Below, piece after piece: positions 12,850 through 25,628 of a stretch of DNA of 64,000 bases. Source of the DNA: Octopus vulgaris (Eukaryota). Below the pieces are notes generated by a model. It worked only from the letters and a program-made list of their open reading frames with translations. It ran no database searches and had not been told where the DNA came from. Position 1 is the first letter of the stretch. Every line of letters begins with the position of its first letter. The stretch is from the NCBI GenBank assembly GCA_951406725.2, contig OX597827.1:55986001-56050000 (forward strand). The letters are read 5' to 3'. The translations under genes were made by a program, and so were the position numbers.

Positions 12850-13499
12850 TTATGGTTATCCCACATTATAACGTATATAAAGAGAAAAAGAAAGAAGGAA
12901 ACTGAAAAAAAATGAATAAATGATGAAGAGATGAAGAGAAAGAAAACAGATAAAAGAAGAAATGAAGAAGAGTAGAAGAAATCTGAAGAACAAAGAGGAA
13001 TAAGAATAAAAGTAAACAAAAACAAAACGAAAAATAACAATTAATGAAGAAGAAAGAGAAGGAGAAGAATTAAGACTACAAAAAAGCGAAAAGAAAAATA
13101 AGATGCTAATACCAATAATGATAATGGTGATGATGATGGAGCTTTCAACACTGCTTTATCAAAAGGATCAAACAGCTACCAGACTAAAGAGAAAGTCAAA
13201 GACTCACAACATTTCTTTTCTGCCTTAATATATATATATATATATAAATATATGTCTCATTTATACCTGCTTTATATAGCTAATAGGTTAAATGGGACAT
13301 ACCTGTCTTCACGGCCGAAACAGCTGTCAGCTATAATATAAATGTATTTTCTATTTCTATGTCTTGTTATATTTGTAATATATTATGTATAATATAACTG
13401 CTGTTGTGTAATGGTTTAATAAAGTATTGATTGGGTATTATCTGATGTATTGATGTACCTTGATTTAGGTATATTTCTCCATTCAACCTCATTTTGTAT

Positions 13500-13584
<85 letters not shown>

Positions 13585-13585
<1 letters not shown>

Positions 13586-14450
13586 GTTTTTGTTAAGTGA
13601 GGTTTTGATGTTTGTGTTTCCAGCTTAGATATCTTTAAGTACATTTTGGTGCTGTTATCTTTCAAAATGTTATGTTAATTACTTTGACTACAATCTCAGC
13701 TTTCAAGATTTAACCATCCAGTGTGTTTGCTGTATTTATTTCCTTGATATAGGTCTCTACATTTTGTAAGCAAGTTCACAGTTGTATACATAGAATATAT
13801 ATTAAGCAATATATCTTACTATATTCAGTTTTCATGTTCTATTCTGGACTGGAAAAACTGCTTGTCTACACAACAATTTGCCTATGGGGAAAGCTTGAAC
13901 CTACGAGAAAACATCTATGTGTTCTCTCAATTTGACTTTGATATCTTAAGAATGGATGAATATAGTACATAATTCACTGGATAATATGCTAAAGGTGGAA
14001 GCGGCTAAAGTTAGAAAGTTGTGGGACAATAACAATTTATCACAGATACCTGTATTAAGAAAATAAATACAGCAAACACACTGGATGCTTAAATCTAGAA
14101 AGCCGAGGTTGTAGTCAAAGTAATAAACATAACATTTCAAAAGATAACAGCACCAAAATGTACTTAGAGATATCTAAACTGAAAGCACAAACATCAAAAC
14201 CTCACTTACTGAAAACCACACATCTCAAAAATCTTCTCACCTCTGAAGACCTTCTATGAATTTAGATAACAAATCTAAACACAGCCACTTGACACATAAA
14301 ATGCATATCAAGAAAAATAACCAATATGTACACATAAACATAGAATTATAACCAACCTGCAATACAGCATTAATGGTCTAAAAATCACTTTTATGTAACT
14401 ATCATTTCTCTTACAGATATCATCTAGTACCATAGAAGAAAGAGGATGGC
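13585..14450. repeat. Old inverted duplication (arms ~13585-13770 and ~14040-14220) with a 3' extension; possible PLE relic
   Basis: GTACATTTTGGTGCTGTTATCTTT / AAAGATAACAGCACCAAAATGTAC and similar pairs; abuts (TG)n. Confidence 0.6.
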
Positions 14451-15872
14451 ATTGGATAAAACTCCAAGACATATTCAGATTTGTTCTCAGTTTGAATTGT
14501 ACTAGAGTCAACTACCACCACCACCGTCATTTATCATCATAATCTATTGTTTTCTGTTTCCAACAGTACAACCACTTCTACCACCACTGTCACCACCATC
14601 ACTATCATCACTACCGACACTCCCGCCACCATCATCACTATCCCCATCACCATCTTCATCTATTATGCTTTCTATTTCCAACAGTTTTATCAGACTTTCT
14701 AACTGCACTGCTTGGTGCACCTCCATACACCTGAGGGGTTGTGCACAGCATTTGCCTTTTGGGGAAGGTTAGGACTGTAGGACTGTGTTTATTATGCTAC
14801 GTTAGTTTTTGCCTATTTGTTAAGCTTTATTTTACTGTCCTTGGTGCTATTTTAGTGCAGGCTACGTGCAAAACTAGATATGTTATTTTGTCAGGTTCGA
14901 TGGTTCTTTGTGTTTTATGTGTTGCTGTATGACTGCTAGTGGTATGTGCTTCAGTGTTAGGCAGTGATTGTATTGTGTAGAGCTGTGTGGGTTATGTTGC
15001 ATGACTGGCTGTCAATTGTGTAGAATCTGAATTGTGTGAGTTGTTGGTTTTATATTGCATTGGATATTGATTTACTTAAGAGTGTATGTCTTGTTATTTT
15101 ATTTTACTGGGTAATTACTGTGCATCATATGTGTCGTGCTATATTGTTTGCAAGGCAGGCAATACATATTAAGCAAACTAAGTCATGATTTGGTGCGCTA
15201 AAATCAGGAGGTGTCCCGAAAATACTTACACAAAATATTTTAATCCAATTCAAACACGGAAAGTTATTAGCGGAGAGAGCAAGCAAGGTCATGGCCTATC
15301 ACTTGATTTTCATCTTTTGCTCCTTGTTTCACACATTAGATTGTGGCAATGCTGGGGCACCACCTTGAAGGGATTTTAGTTGAATGTGCAGGTGGCACGT
15401 AAAAAGCACCCACTACACTCACGGAGTGGTTGGCGTTAGGAAGGGCATCCAGCTGTAGAAACATTGCCAGATAAGACTGGAGCCTGGTGCAGCCTTCTGG
15501 CTTCCCAGATCCCCGGTCAAACTGTCCAACCCATGCTAGCATGGAGAACGGACGTTAAACGATGATGATGATGATGATGATGATGAATTGAACCCAGTGC
15601 TAATTTTTTTTAAAGCCTGGTACTTATTCCCTTGCTCAAGCAACTTTTACTTTAGCCCTGAGCTGACCAATTCCTCATGAGTCAATTTGGTAAATAAAAA
15701 CTGTATGGAAGCCTGTTGTGTGTGTGTGTGTACTGGGGATGATTTGCTATAAGTTTCAGTCCAACGACTGAAACAAAAGATAAACAACAATGTTTTATGA
15801 ACATTGCACATCAAGTCCTCCTTGGACATTACGTTGAATTCCATAATGCAACTTTACAGAAAAATAAATTCT

Positions 15873-16464
15873 GGAAAGACTTCCGCCCGTACCCCCCCCC
15901 TACCATTTTCTCCCAAATTTGTTTCTCTTTGTAATTTTTTTTTTTTTTTCCAAAAATCCCCGTTTTCGGATACGGATGTTCCGGAAAATTGCCAAAAATC
16001 GGCATTGTGAAATTCCACCCCCTCTCCCCCCAACTTCTTCAATTTTGACTTTTTTTTCCCCCAACACTGACCCTAAAACCGTAAGTACAGAAATGTTTTG
16101 AAATTTTTGTCCGAATCATGATGTCCATATTTTTCCGCATATTTATAAAATTAAATTAATTTAACAATTAAGAAAATAAAAGGAAAGGCTAAAATTTAGG
16201 GTTAGGGTGAGGGTGAGGGTTAGAGTTAGTGACAGGATGTTGTCTCAGTTTTAGACGCAGCAAATGATTTTAGCTCACTCGAGGCGATTCATTGGTTAAA
16301 ATTCGAAAAATTAAACTACGTTAAACAAACAAATTACAATTTTCTCAAGAAAGCCAAGAGAAAAAAATGTTTTATTTTGACACATTCTACCAGTATACGA
16401 AGTTTTAAAGTGTTTAGTTTACTAGAAATTGTGTTGACATGTGCCGTTCAAAAGGAAAAGATCC
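15873..16464. mobile_element. Chimeric telomeric-repeat MITE (left arm of the 49725 family, right arm of the 50720 family)
   Basis: Starts GGAAAGACTTCC, ends AAAGGAAAAGATCC; internal TTAGGGTTAGGGTGAGGGTGAGGGTTAG. Confidence 0.7.
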
Positions 16465-16465
16465 T

Positions 16466-16575
<110 letters not shown>

Positions 16576-16843
16576 GTATGTATGGTGATGCAAAACAGGA
16601 AAATAGAACTCAAAATATGAGTATGTGTATATTTTTTTATTAATATTTAGCAGAAGCAACAAAGGCCGAGAGTTTAGTGCGGTCCTTGAGTCAATCTGTT
16701 GCTTCAGCTAAATATTAATAAAATGTGAGTGTGTGTGTGTCCGGCCATTTGAGTCTGACACGCTTTATAGGTGAGAAACGAATCGTCACTCTCTGACCAA
16801 CCATAACAGACAACCGTGCAATCTTTATTCTCGAAGCCATTTC

Positions 16844-16935
16844 GGCGGAGGTAAAGAATACGTACACCACCCGTTTTCGATGTAACAAAAACCCTAACCC
16901 ATAAACACTGGGTGTACGAATTCTCTCCTTTCGCC
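16844..16935. mobile_element. 92-bp GG-terminal MITE with a CCCTAA core
   Basis: TIRs GGCGGAGGTAAAGAATACGTACACC / GGTGTACGAATTCTCTCCTTTCGCC; perfect 8-bp TSD GCCATTTC. Confidence 0.9.
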
Positions 16936-17759
16936 GCCATTTCATTTGATTTGCAATGCCAATGAATAAACGTTAAGACTTTCGTCTCTAGAAATCTGAA
17001 GACATGCGTCTGTGTCGGCAATCAACAAACGATGTTTTTCTAAACCAAAAGATATCCTATTTCGTTTTCATGAGCTGGAGAGATTGTGTAAAGTCAACTG
17101 AATCAATCCCAGTACCCTTGTTGTACCTATTTACATAGTGTGAACAAGACTGGAACTTGGAAATGTGATACGGAAGTTTGCAATGATAACCAGAGCGTCT
17201 GACAAAATGACGTGCAGTATCAATTTACTACCTATTTATGATGTAAGTGTTCAAATCTCATCGAGGTCGACTTTACAAGTGTCAATAAAGCAAAACCAGT
17301 CGAGTGCTGAAGTTGATTTATATTCTACAAGGCATCCTAGATGTGAATGGAATTATAATAGGAGACAAGAAACAGACCGAACCAGAGAAAGTACAACATT
17401 CGTAACAGTACTTCACATGTAGATAATTTCTACTACTTTTGATTTTAATTAGAAACTGTATTAAAACCTACATTTACTTAAGCAAATGGCGAAAATAAAA
17501 TTTAAAAAAAAAAAAAAAAAAACTTACAGCGAGTATCGAAAGTTTGCGTGCCTTTAAAATTAGCTCAAAGTTCGGAAAGAGAAAAAAACGAACGCTTTGA
17601 TGTCATAACGCTATTGTTACATAATAGCGTTTCTTTTGGCTTTATGTTCTCAATTCAAATTTCGCCGAGGTCGACTCTGCCTTTCATCCAATTTCTTTAT
17701 TAGCCACAAGGGCCCAAACATAGAGGGGGACAATACAGCCTGATTGGGGGCAGACACAC

Positions 17760-19141
17760 AATGATTATATGACTTTTAAAATTTTACAAAATATAATGAA
17801 ATCGAATGAGATACAAGGACAAAATACAAACATGAAATGAAGCAGAGAGATGGGTTACGCTCCGACCCCACGAGACCCATTCTCCTACTGGAACCTTTGT
17901 ATACAACATGCAACCATCTTTCTTTGAACATTTTCTTTGACAGGCATCTTCTCTCCAACCTCACCTTCCCTTTAAGGTGGAAGATAAAAAATCTCACCAA
18001 CCCAAGACCGGAGATGAGGTTGCCTATCGCCAAACCTTTCATTCGCGACTTCCATACCACCTCTTTCGCCATTGCTACTACTGCGAGAAAACATTGCTTA
18101 CCTTCTTTCGTGAGGAAATCCGGCGGGTCAATTTTTACGATTGACTCAGACGACAGCTGGCTGTACTCTTCCCGAACCTGACAGCAGATGTTTTGCATAA
18201 GCCCACACTTCAGACACTCCCGGACACTGAACAATAGCGTGCAGGACGGTTTCCCTATCCTGCCCGCATCTTGGACAGTCGGCAGTGCTAGTTCAACCGT
18301 GTCGTACGAGCTTATCCCGAACGGGTAAGGCTCCTCGGTAACATTGCCAAGCCAGGGATTTTTGGAAATTATCCAAACACCCCGGCTCGAAAGTCCTTCG
18401 GAACAGACTATCTAACTGGTTATCTCCGAGACCTAGGGTCTCCCCTAGGGTATCGTCGTTCCCAGCCTCTACCAACCTGCTATAGAAAGATGTGGTGGTA
18501 CCAAAACCGCTGGCATTACCCGAGTGATGGAACTGTAGGAGTGCTTTACGGCACTTCGTAAACCATGTACCCAACCTCGATCTACGAAGGAACCAGCTTT
18601 CTTGTCCACTAAAACTAGTGAACCTGGGAAACATCCGTTTCGCGAGCGGTGACCACACTTGTTCACCATTCAGGAGTAGCCAGAGATGCCTCAGCCTCAG
18701 CGTATGTTTGCGCATCAACAGCCAAGACATCCCCAGTCCTCCATTCAACGACTTCTGGCAGCAGATAGAACGCCTCACAAGAGGAGTGGTGCCTTTCCAC
18801 AAAAAGCGGAAGATCTGCCTCTCCAACTTGCTCAACCACAAACCGGGACAGGGCACGACGGTTAGGCGGTAAATGATGACCGATGCGATAAACACATTGG
18901 CCACCTCCGCCCTCCCTTTCAAGGATAGCTACCGCCAAGACCAGGTCTTGACTATGCAGGTCACCTTGCTCGATACCTCTGCCCAGTTCTTTTCTACCTG
19001 GAGGTCTAGTCCAAACTAAACTCCTAGCAGCTTAACCGGGCCCTCCGTCCAACGTCCCACGACGCTATCCGAAGGTATCGACTTGCCCTTCCAGGTGCCG
19101 AGTTGCAAGCCGACTGACTTTTCCCGTTTAATCTTTGCCTT
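17760..19141 (-). mobile_element. Tx1/L1-clade LINE ORF2 C-terminal fragment (frameshifted)
   Basis: ORFs 18293-18922 and 17776-18234 contain FRFLWKG, GGLGM and ALPVRDKL plus a following Cys-rich region; AKIKREKS and KLLGV upstream. Confidence 0.8.
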
Positions 19142-19565
19142 GGATCTTTTCGGTTTGAACGGCAGTTTTTTCTAGCGGTGTCATATGAAATTGTCACCCA
19201 TAATTATGACCCTAGTATCGATCAATTGCATTTCAATCTATTTTAGATTTAGGGTTAGGGTTGGGGGTGGGGGGAAGGGTATCTTTTTTATCTTCAGAAA
19301 TGTAAATAAACCCAATCTGTTTCTTAAACGAGGGACATATTGATGCGGCACAGAATGCTTTCACCTCAATGGACGGTCAGCGATTGGTTAAAATTGCCGA
19401 AATGCAAGAAATTTTAGACGAAATATGTTACAAACTATAGAATTTTCTCAATAAAGCCAAGAGAAAATGACGTTTTATAAACACATTCTACCAGTATACG
19501 AAGTTTAAAATTTTTTAGTTACCTAGAAATTATGTTACAAACTGCCGTTCAAACCGAAAAGATCC
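19142..19565. mobile_element. GGATC-terminal telomeric-repeat MITE (family A)
   Basis: TIRs GGATCTTTTCGGTTTGAACGGCAG / CTGCCGTTCAAACCGAAAAGATCC; internal TTAGGGTTAGGG; no TSD seen; truncates the LINE. Confidence 0.9.
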
Positions 19566-20049
19566 GTGACATAATTTAGTATGGAATGCTGAGTAGATCT
19601 AATATGAAGTTGACGTCGCTAACTTTTTATAACCGTAAGCCAAATTTTCCAGAACCATCGATCAAGTTATTTGGTGAGAAAACTCGCACACTCCTTTTGA
19701 AGTTTACCGCATCGACCATAACAAGTCAGCCAGTGATGATTGGTCAAGCTATATTCGCATAGGCATCGATGCCATTTTATAGCGACACATTGTTTTTTTA
19801 TGATGATTCAGTAGGTCGAGGTTCTGAACTGCGAAAGTCAGAGTGATGGTTAAAAACTTAGCAGAAGCCTCGCTACAGTTCTATCGCTAGCTGTTATTAG
19901 TGTCTAGCTCCAGACCAGATTTGATCCTGCAAGCATATAGTCAAAAGTACTGATCTTTGATCAGTGGCGGCGCCAGTGTTTTTTGCAAACTTGAGTAAGA
20001 TTCAGCTAGAAAACTACGAAGACAGGCAAAATTTATGTAATACTCATCA

Positions 20050-20330
20050 TATCGATGTTGTTACACACTGCTGGTCACAATGCACTTTCTCACATTGCTG
20101 TAAGCTTTAGAATGATGCCCCTGCTGGTTAGGCGGACAGGCCAACATACCCGCTGAATGGGACGCCAGCTCCCCGCAGGGGTTACCCATTTACTGCTGAG
20201 TGAACTGGAACAACGTGAGATGAAGTTTTTTTCTAAAAAAAAAAACACAAAGCACCGCCGGACTGAGAATAGAAACCATGATCTTGTGGTCATGAAGGCA
20301 AAATCTTAACCATTAGGCCCCGTACTTTCA
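20050..20330 (-). mobile_element. tRNA-derived SINE related to family 3, with a different tail
   Basis: Shares CACGTTGTTCCAGTTCACTCAGC; tail similar to 39800-39895 and 63712-63810. Confidence 0.6.
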
Positions 20331-20555
20331 CATAAGTAATTGAATATGTATGTAATAAACCAAATTTAGTCATAATTAACGAGCAAATTATATAAGTAAA
20401 AGTATGAGTTGTTTTTTTAATAAATGTTTTCCATTACCGAGAAGAAACATTCTCAGCAGTCAATGTTGTCGGGACGGCCGAGTTCATCGACGAAAACCTC
20501 AGTAAGTCGGTAAGGGCCATTGCTAAGCAGCGTAAGGTAGCGAAATCCACTATCA

Positions 20556-20762
20556 CAGGGGTGGGCAAACTACGGCCCGCCATAGGTTTTCATGCGGCCC
20601 GCCGAGAGGAATATTTCACAAAATTTCCTTTCAATCAATTGTGTGTTTATAGGTCTATAACCGCCTTTAAAAATATTTTCACTTGATTTTTATAAATGAG
20701 GCCCGCCAAGGTTCCAAAGACGCACTGTGCGGCCCGCGATCAAAAAAGTTTGCCCACCCCTG
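20556..20762. mobile_element. hAT (Charlie-like) MITE
   Basis: TIRs CAGGGGTGGGCAAACT / AGTTTGCCCACCCCTG; perfect 8-bp TSD CACTATCA. Confidence 0.92.
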
Positions 20763-21224
20763 CACTATCAGATGTAATCAAGGAAGGGTTGTTCGTGTCG
20801 TTACATCAGATCGAAGTGCTTTTTAAACAAGCAAAGCTACCTAGAAACACATTCTCTGGTGTTCTCCGACGAGAATGAAATTCGTTCTTGAAAAATAGCA
20901 GTTAAGAGACTGGACAATTTAAGTTCTATTGCCATGAATAGACCGAAAATATTAAAAATAAAAAACCCATCCATCGATTCACCGCGAAAAACCGAAACTG
21001 GAAAATTGATGATGTTGTGTAAGTTATGTTACTGCAATAGATGTTGCAATCTTTCTTGTCTCGTTCTTAAAATAATTACAAAATTATAGTAAATTCGCGA
21101 TTATATCACATTCTTTTTACTTATTCTAACTTTGCAACGATGTCTCATTCATGTCTAATTGTCGTAACTTTGCAATTTAACTGAGAAGAATTTGAATTTG
21201 GTTTATTGCATAGAATCTTATGTA

Positions 21225-21730
21225 GGCGTCCCTGCTACACAGTTCCGAGCTCAGTTCTACAGTATAGTACATTGGGCAAGTGTCTTCTACAATAGATCCG
21301 AATTGACCAAAGATTTGTGAGTGGATTTGGTAGATGGAAATTGAAAGACGCCCGTTGTATGTGTGTGCGCCTGTGTGTGTGTGTGTGTGGTTCAAATGTA
21401 AAAAAAGGAGAGACAGCGACAGGTGAAGGAACAAGGTGCATTAGTTTCACGCTCAAGAAAAAAGGAAGAGTCTAACGTTTCGTGCCTACGCTCTTCTACA
21501 GAGAGGAGCGAGGAAAGGAAAGAGAGAGAGAGAGAGAGAGAGAGACGCGTATATGTGTATGAGTGTGTGTGTGTGTGAGAGTGTGTGAGTATGCGTCTGT
21601 GTTCTTGTTTGTCCCCCATCGCTGCTTGACAACTAGTGAGTACTGGTTTCGATTGTTCGGAGGAACCTCTCAAGGCGATGTCCGTCATGGCCACAGTCTC
21701 AATGATTGAAAGAAGTAAAAGATAAAAGAT
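21225..21730 (+). mobile_element. Diverged SINE family 1 with an HHR-bearing fragment inserted in its (TG)n linker
   Basis: 5' and 3' SINE parts are separated by ~21390-21545, which carries an HHR variant on the - strand. Confidence 0.7.
21471..21504 (-). ncRNA. Variant minimal hammerhead motif
   Basis: TCT-CTGTAGA-A-GAGC(GTAG)GCAC-GAAAC-GTT^AGA; one stem II mismatch. Confidence 0.45.
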
Positions 21731-21871
21731 ATCTCTTACATAAGCTTTGCTCGTCCTCATAGTTTTCTGGCGGAATCTTACCCACGTTGGTGCAAAATAG
21801 TAACATCGTCTGAGTTTGTAGCTTGAAGGCTTTTATTTTTATTTCATACGTAAGAATCCTATCGAATATGA

Positions 21872-22297
21872 TATTGGTTTCAGCTTTGGGTACAAAGCCA
21901 GCAAATTTGGGAAAGTGAGCAAGTCGATTACATTGAACCTTACTCTCAACTGGTACTTGTTTTATCGATCTCGAAAAGATAAAAAGTAAAGTCGACCTCA
22001 GAACGTAAAGACGGACGAAATGCCTTTAAGCATTTTACCCGGCGTGCTGACGGTTCTGCCAGCTCGTTGCCCTCCTATCAAATATCATACTGATTTCAAA
22101 TTTTGGTACAAGACCAGCAAGTTTGTGGGAGGCGGGCAAGTTGATTACATCGATCCCAGTTCTCACCTAGTACTTATTTTATCAACCCAGTTTAGATGAA
22201 AGGCAAAGCCAACCTCGGCGGAATTTGAACCTAGAAAGTAAAGACGGACGAAATGTCGCTAAGAATTTTGCCCGGCGTGCTAACGGTTCTGCCACTT
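21872..22297 (-). mobile_element. Two tandem SINE family 2 copies (Meta-domain-like core)
   Basis: Core GTCGACTTTGCCTTTCATCCTTTCGGGGTCGATAAAATAAGTACCAG recurs more than 12 times in the window. Confidence 0.8.
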
Positions 22298-22429
22298 CCA
22301 TATCGAATATAATATTAAATTATTAATTTAATAAGTTAGAACCGATACATAGGTAATTTACATTTTAGGTTAAACACAATCCCCTAATTTTGCGCTACTT
22401 TTCTGAAATTGATCTGGCCACTGACTGAT

Positions 22430-22800
22430 GATAGTTTAGAATTATTTGATGAAGAAAATAATTATCTGAAGAAAAATTGGTTCCTACACCCAGTGATGAA
22501 GGACTAAAGATCAAATATGAGAAGGTATCTTGAAATGTTTTGGTTTTCCATCACCAAATATTCATCGAAAAGCACTGAAAAATCTTTGTCTATTTTGATC
22601 CAATTTTCAACATACTTGTGGAATAATATGTTCTTCCTACCATCATTGAATGCCAAAATACCAATATAAATAAAATACAGGGCCATCTTATAAACATTAT
22701 AAACATCTCCCTACACCCGGATGAATCAATGCATTGGACCCAATACTATTCAGTTAATGATAGCAAGCCACGGCATACACAGATTAGAATTGGGTCGCTA
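22430..22800 (+). pseudogene. hAT (Charlie/Buster-like) transposase C-terminal relic
   Basis: Decayed translation SDEGLKIKYE...FWFS...EKSLSILIQFSTYL resembles the hAT dimerisation domain. Confidence 0.5.
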
Positions 22801-23080
22801 GACCCATGAGGCCCCCCCCCTCGGGAAAATAAATGCAATGGGCCCTATATTATTTATTGACAATAAGCTACAGCATACACAAATTAGAATTGGTTCCCAT
22901 ATCCGCGAGGCCCAGGGCAACTAAGACAGGCATTGACAACAGAGTGAGAGCAGAGCGAGAGAAAGAGATATTAAATACATTGAAGAAATGAATGTCTGTT
23001 TATCGCACACATGAGTCTCAACTGAGAAAAATATAAATAAAAGAATATCAAGCTTATAGTTCCCGCAAGTCTGATCATTA

Positions 23081-23171
23081 GGCGAAAGTAAAGAATACGT
23101 ACACTCGGTGTTTAGGGTTAGTGTTTTTGTTGAGCCGAAAAGGGGTGGTGTACGTATTCTTTACCTCCGCT
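23081..23171. mobile_element. 92-bp family MITE with a TTAGGG core
   Basis: Homologous to 16844-16935; TSD GATCATTA / AATTATTA (6 of 8). Confidence 0.85.
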
Positions 23172-23852
23172 AATTATTAAATAAGCAAAAAATTTCTAGG
23201 TTTTTAATGTTAAAGACGGTTTTTAAACTTTTCAGTGAATTTCACCAGTAATTTTTCTTATTTGATCTCCAATGTGTGTCACCAAGACAAAACACCGAAA
23301 ACTACTTGTTTATACATAGATCCGTATTTATCACAATGATTGAGATAATTAAATATATTAATTCTGAGACAATGAAAGCTGAAACTATAACACACACGCA
23401 AAAACTTAGATATTTTAAAATCGCAGTCTCAATACATTGCAATAAAATTTTTTAACAGAGTACAACAAACACCCCCAAATAAACGCAAAGGCCTATAGAC
23501 ATATGTACACAAGTCAAATCATACAGGTACAACACAGACTGATCATGACACAAGAGCAGGCATGTTAGGCTACTTGACTTCTCTTCTCCCTCCTCTATCT
23601 CTCTTTCGCCTTCTTTCTTTTCCTGTTGCTTTTCCCGTCCGCCAATCACTTCATTTCTTTCTCTCTCTCTGGCTGTCAGACCAACAGTCACCTCATGGAA
23701 ATCATCAGGTGGGTATACGCTCACTGAACCTAAGTTTAACTATGTGGAGTTGCCAAGGAAGAAACAAAAATAGATAAGGAAGACAAAGAGAGATTGTAAA
23801 CGGATTACTCTTATGCCATCCTCATCGAAATTGATTTGTTTTTACTTTTAAC

Positions 23853-24150
23853 ATGTATTGCGGAACCGTTTTGTTTTTTGCGGTAAAATGTTTACTTCTT
23901 TTTATGTTGTTTTCATCGATCGATGTGAATGGATTTATCTCTGGCTCGAAGAAAAGAGCAGCGAAGAAACGTCTAGTCGATTATCAAATTTCTGGATACA
24001 TTAACCTTTCCTCAGAGATCCCCGGGACACCTGATGTGCCTGTAGAGGAAATTATGCTGCAAACCAATGGGATTTTTAAAAACGATACTAAAATAACGAA
24101 GGATTTGGTTACGAAAAATGCTTCTCACAAGTCCGATTCACACATTCCAG
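23853..24150 (+). CDS. Probable first coding exon of a secreted precursor protein (partial)
   Basis: ATG start, hydrophobic signal-peptide-like N-terminus, two KKR sites, N-x-S/T sequons (NLS, NDT, NAS), strong phase-1 donor CAG|GTATGT; unique sequence. Confidence 0.6.
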
Positions 24151-24250
24151 GTATGTTTGTTATTTTGGCATAACTCTAGTTGGTGCACCACCCCTTCTGA
24201 CTTTGTTTCTTTGACTTTCTTAATAATAATAATAATAATATATCCATATA

Positions 24251-24392
24251 GGATCTTACAAACTATAGAATTTTCTCAATAAAGCCAAGAGAAACTGATG
24301 TTTTATAAACACATTCTACCAGTATACGAAGTTCAAAATTCTTTAGTTACCTAGAAATTATGTTACAAACTGCCGTTCAAACCGAAAAGATC
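24251..24392. mobile_element. Family A MITE, one-end fragment
   Basis: Matches 19430-19565 and ends AAACCGAAAAGATCC. Confidence 0.8.
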
Positions 24393-24408
24393 CATAAGAT
24401 CCTATATG

Positions 24409-24496
<88 letters not shown>

Positions 24497-25628
24497 CGTG
24501 CAGAGATACGCCACGACATGCGAAATATCGCCATACGGGCAACGTTTCGGTTGTCGAAATAATCGTGCCGAGATACGTTTTCGAAGAGGGTACATGATGA
24601 TTATCTCCATGAAATATTTTTTAAATGTTTAAATTTTTTCTTACTCAAAAAGAAACCAAATAATTCATTAATTCATACATTTTTTTTAGCCTTTCTACAG
24701 CTTGAGCATAATAATTGCTCAACATAAAAACATTAACTTATTTGATAAAACTGCCGTTTATATATAGAGATATTATTCATTACAACATTTGAAATAGGAA
24801 GACATGATCAAAAAATAAATAAACCAGCGATTTCTCAGGTTGAAATTATTCTTACTGAATACTTTCGATGTATATCGTGCGTAGTAGGCTAAACATAAAT
24901 TGGGAAAAGTTTTACTGTACATTTTCATTTTATGTTGATAATGTTATATTTTCTTTTTGACAATCTTAAGATCACCTTAGTTTTTTTTATGTTGTGCAAG
25001 TTATTGAATACTTATTATGAGTGAAAAAACCCATCAAAACAATCGTATCTCAGAAAAATTTCATTAAAATTATACCATAAAAAGTTATGAAGAAACAAAG
25101 TCAAATCAGAAGGGTGGGGCACTCAAGTGTAGTTATGGTTTTGTTTTTATGTGCTGTTTGATTTGTTGTTTAGCCTCCAAGTCAGTGTTGATCAAGCAGT
25201 CCTGTGATCAAATGACAGTCCAGCCGTAACCATTTTATCTATTCTGCTTTCCGATACAGTTTATCGAAAATCACATTTTCCTATAACTCCTTTTCTTCTT
25301 AAAGATAGTAGGTGTGATTTAAAGGAGATTTTGCTGTTATTTCTAGAAGAAAGGGTGATCACATAGAGGCTCCTTCGTTGACTCACGTGTTTGCTGCTGT
25401 AGTTCAGCCCCAGGTTAGCTCTGCTCAGAGTAACGCGCAAATGCTTTCCGGCCATGACCACCATTGTTTTGTTTTTTTTTGTTCAATGTGTTCATTTTTA
25501 TTTTAAGACGGTAGTGCTGGTGATTAGAATAAAATTAACAGGTCGAGCGGCTTTTGTCGAGGTTGTCTCGCATGATGTATGTTACGATAGCTGTTGTTTA
25601 ACCCCAGGTCAACTCTGATACAGTAGAT

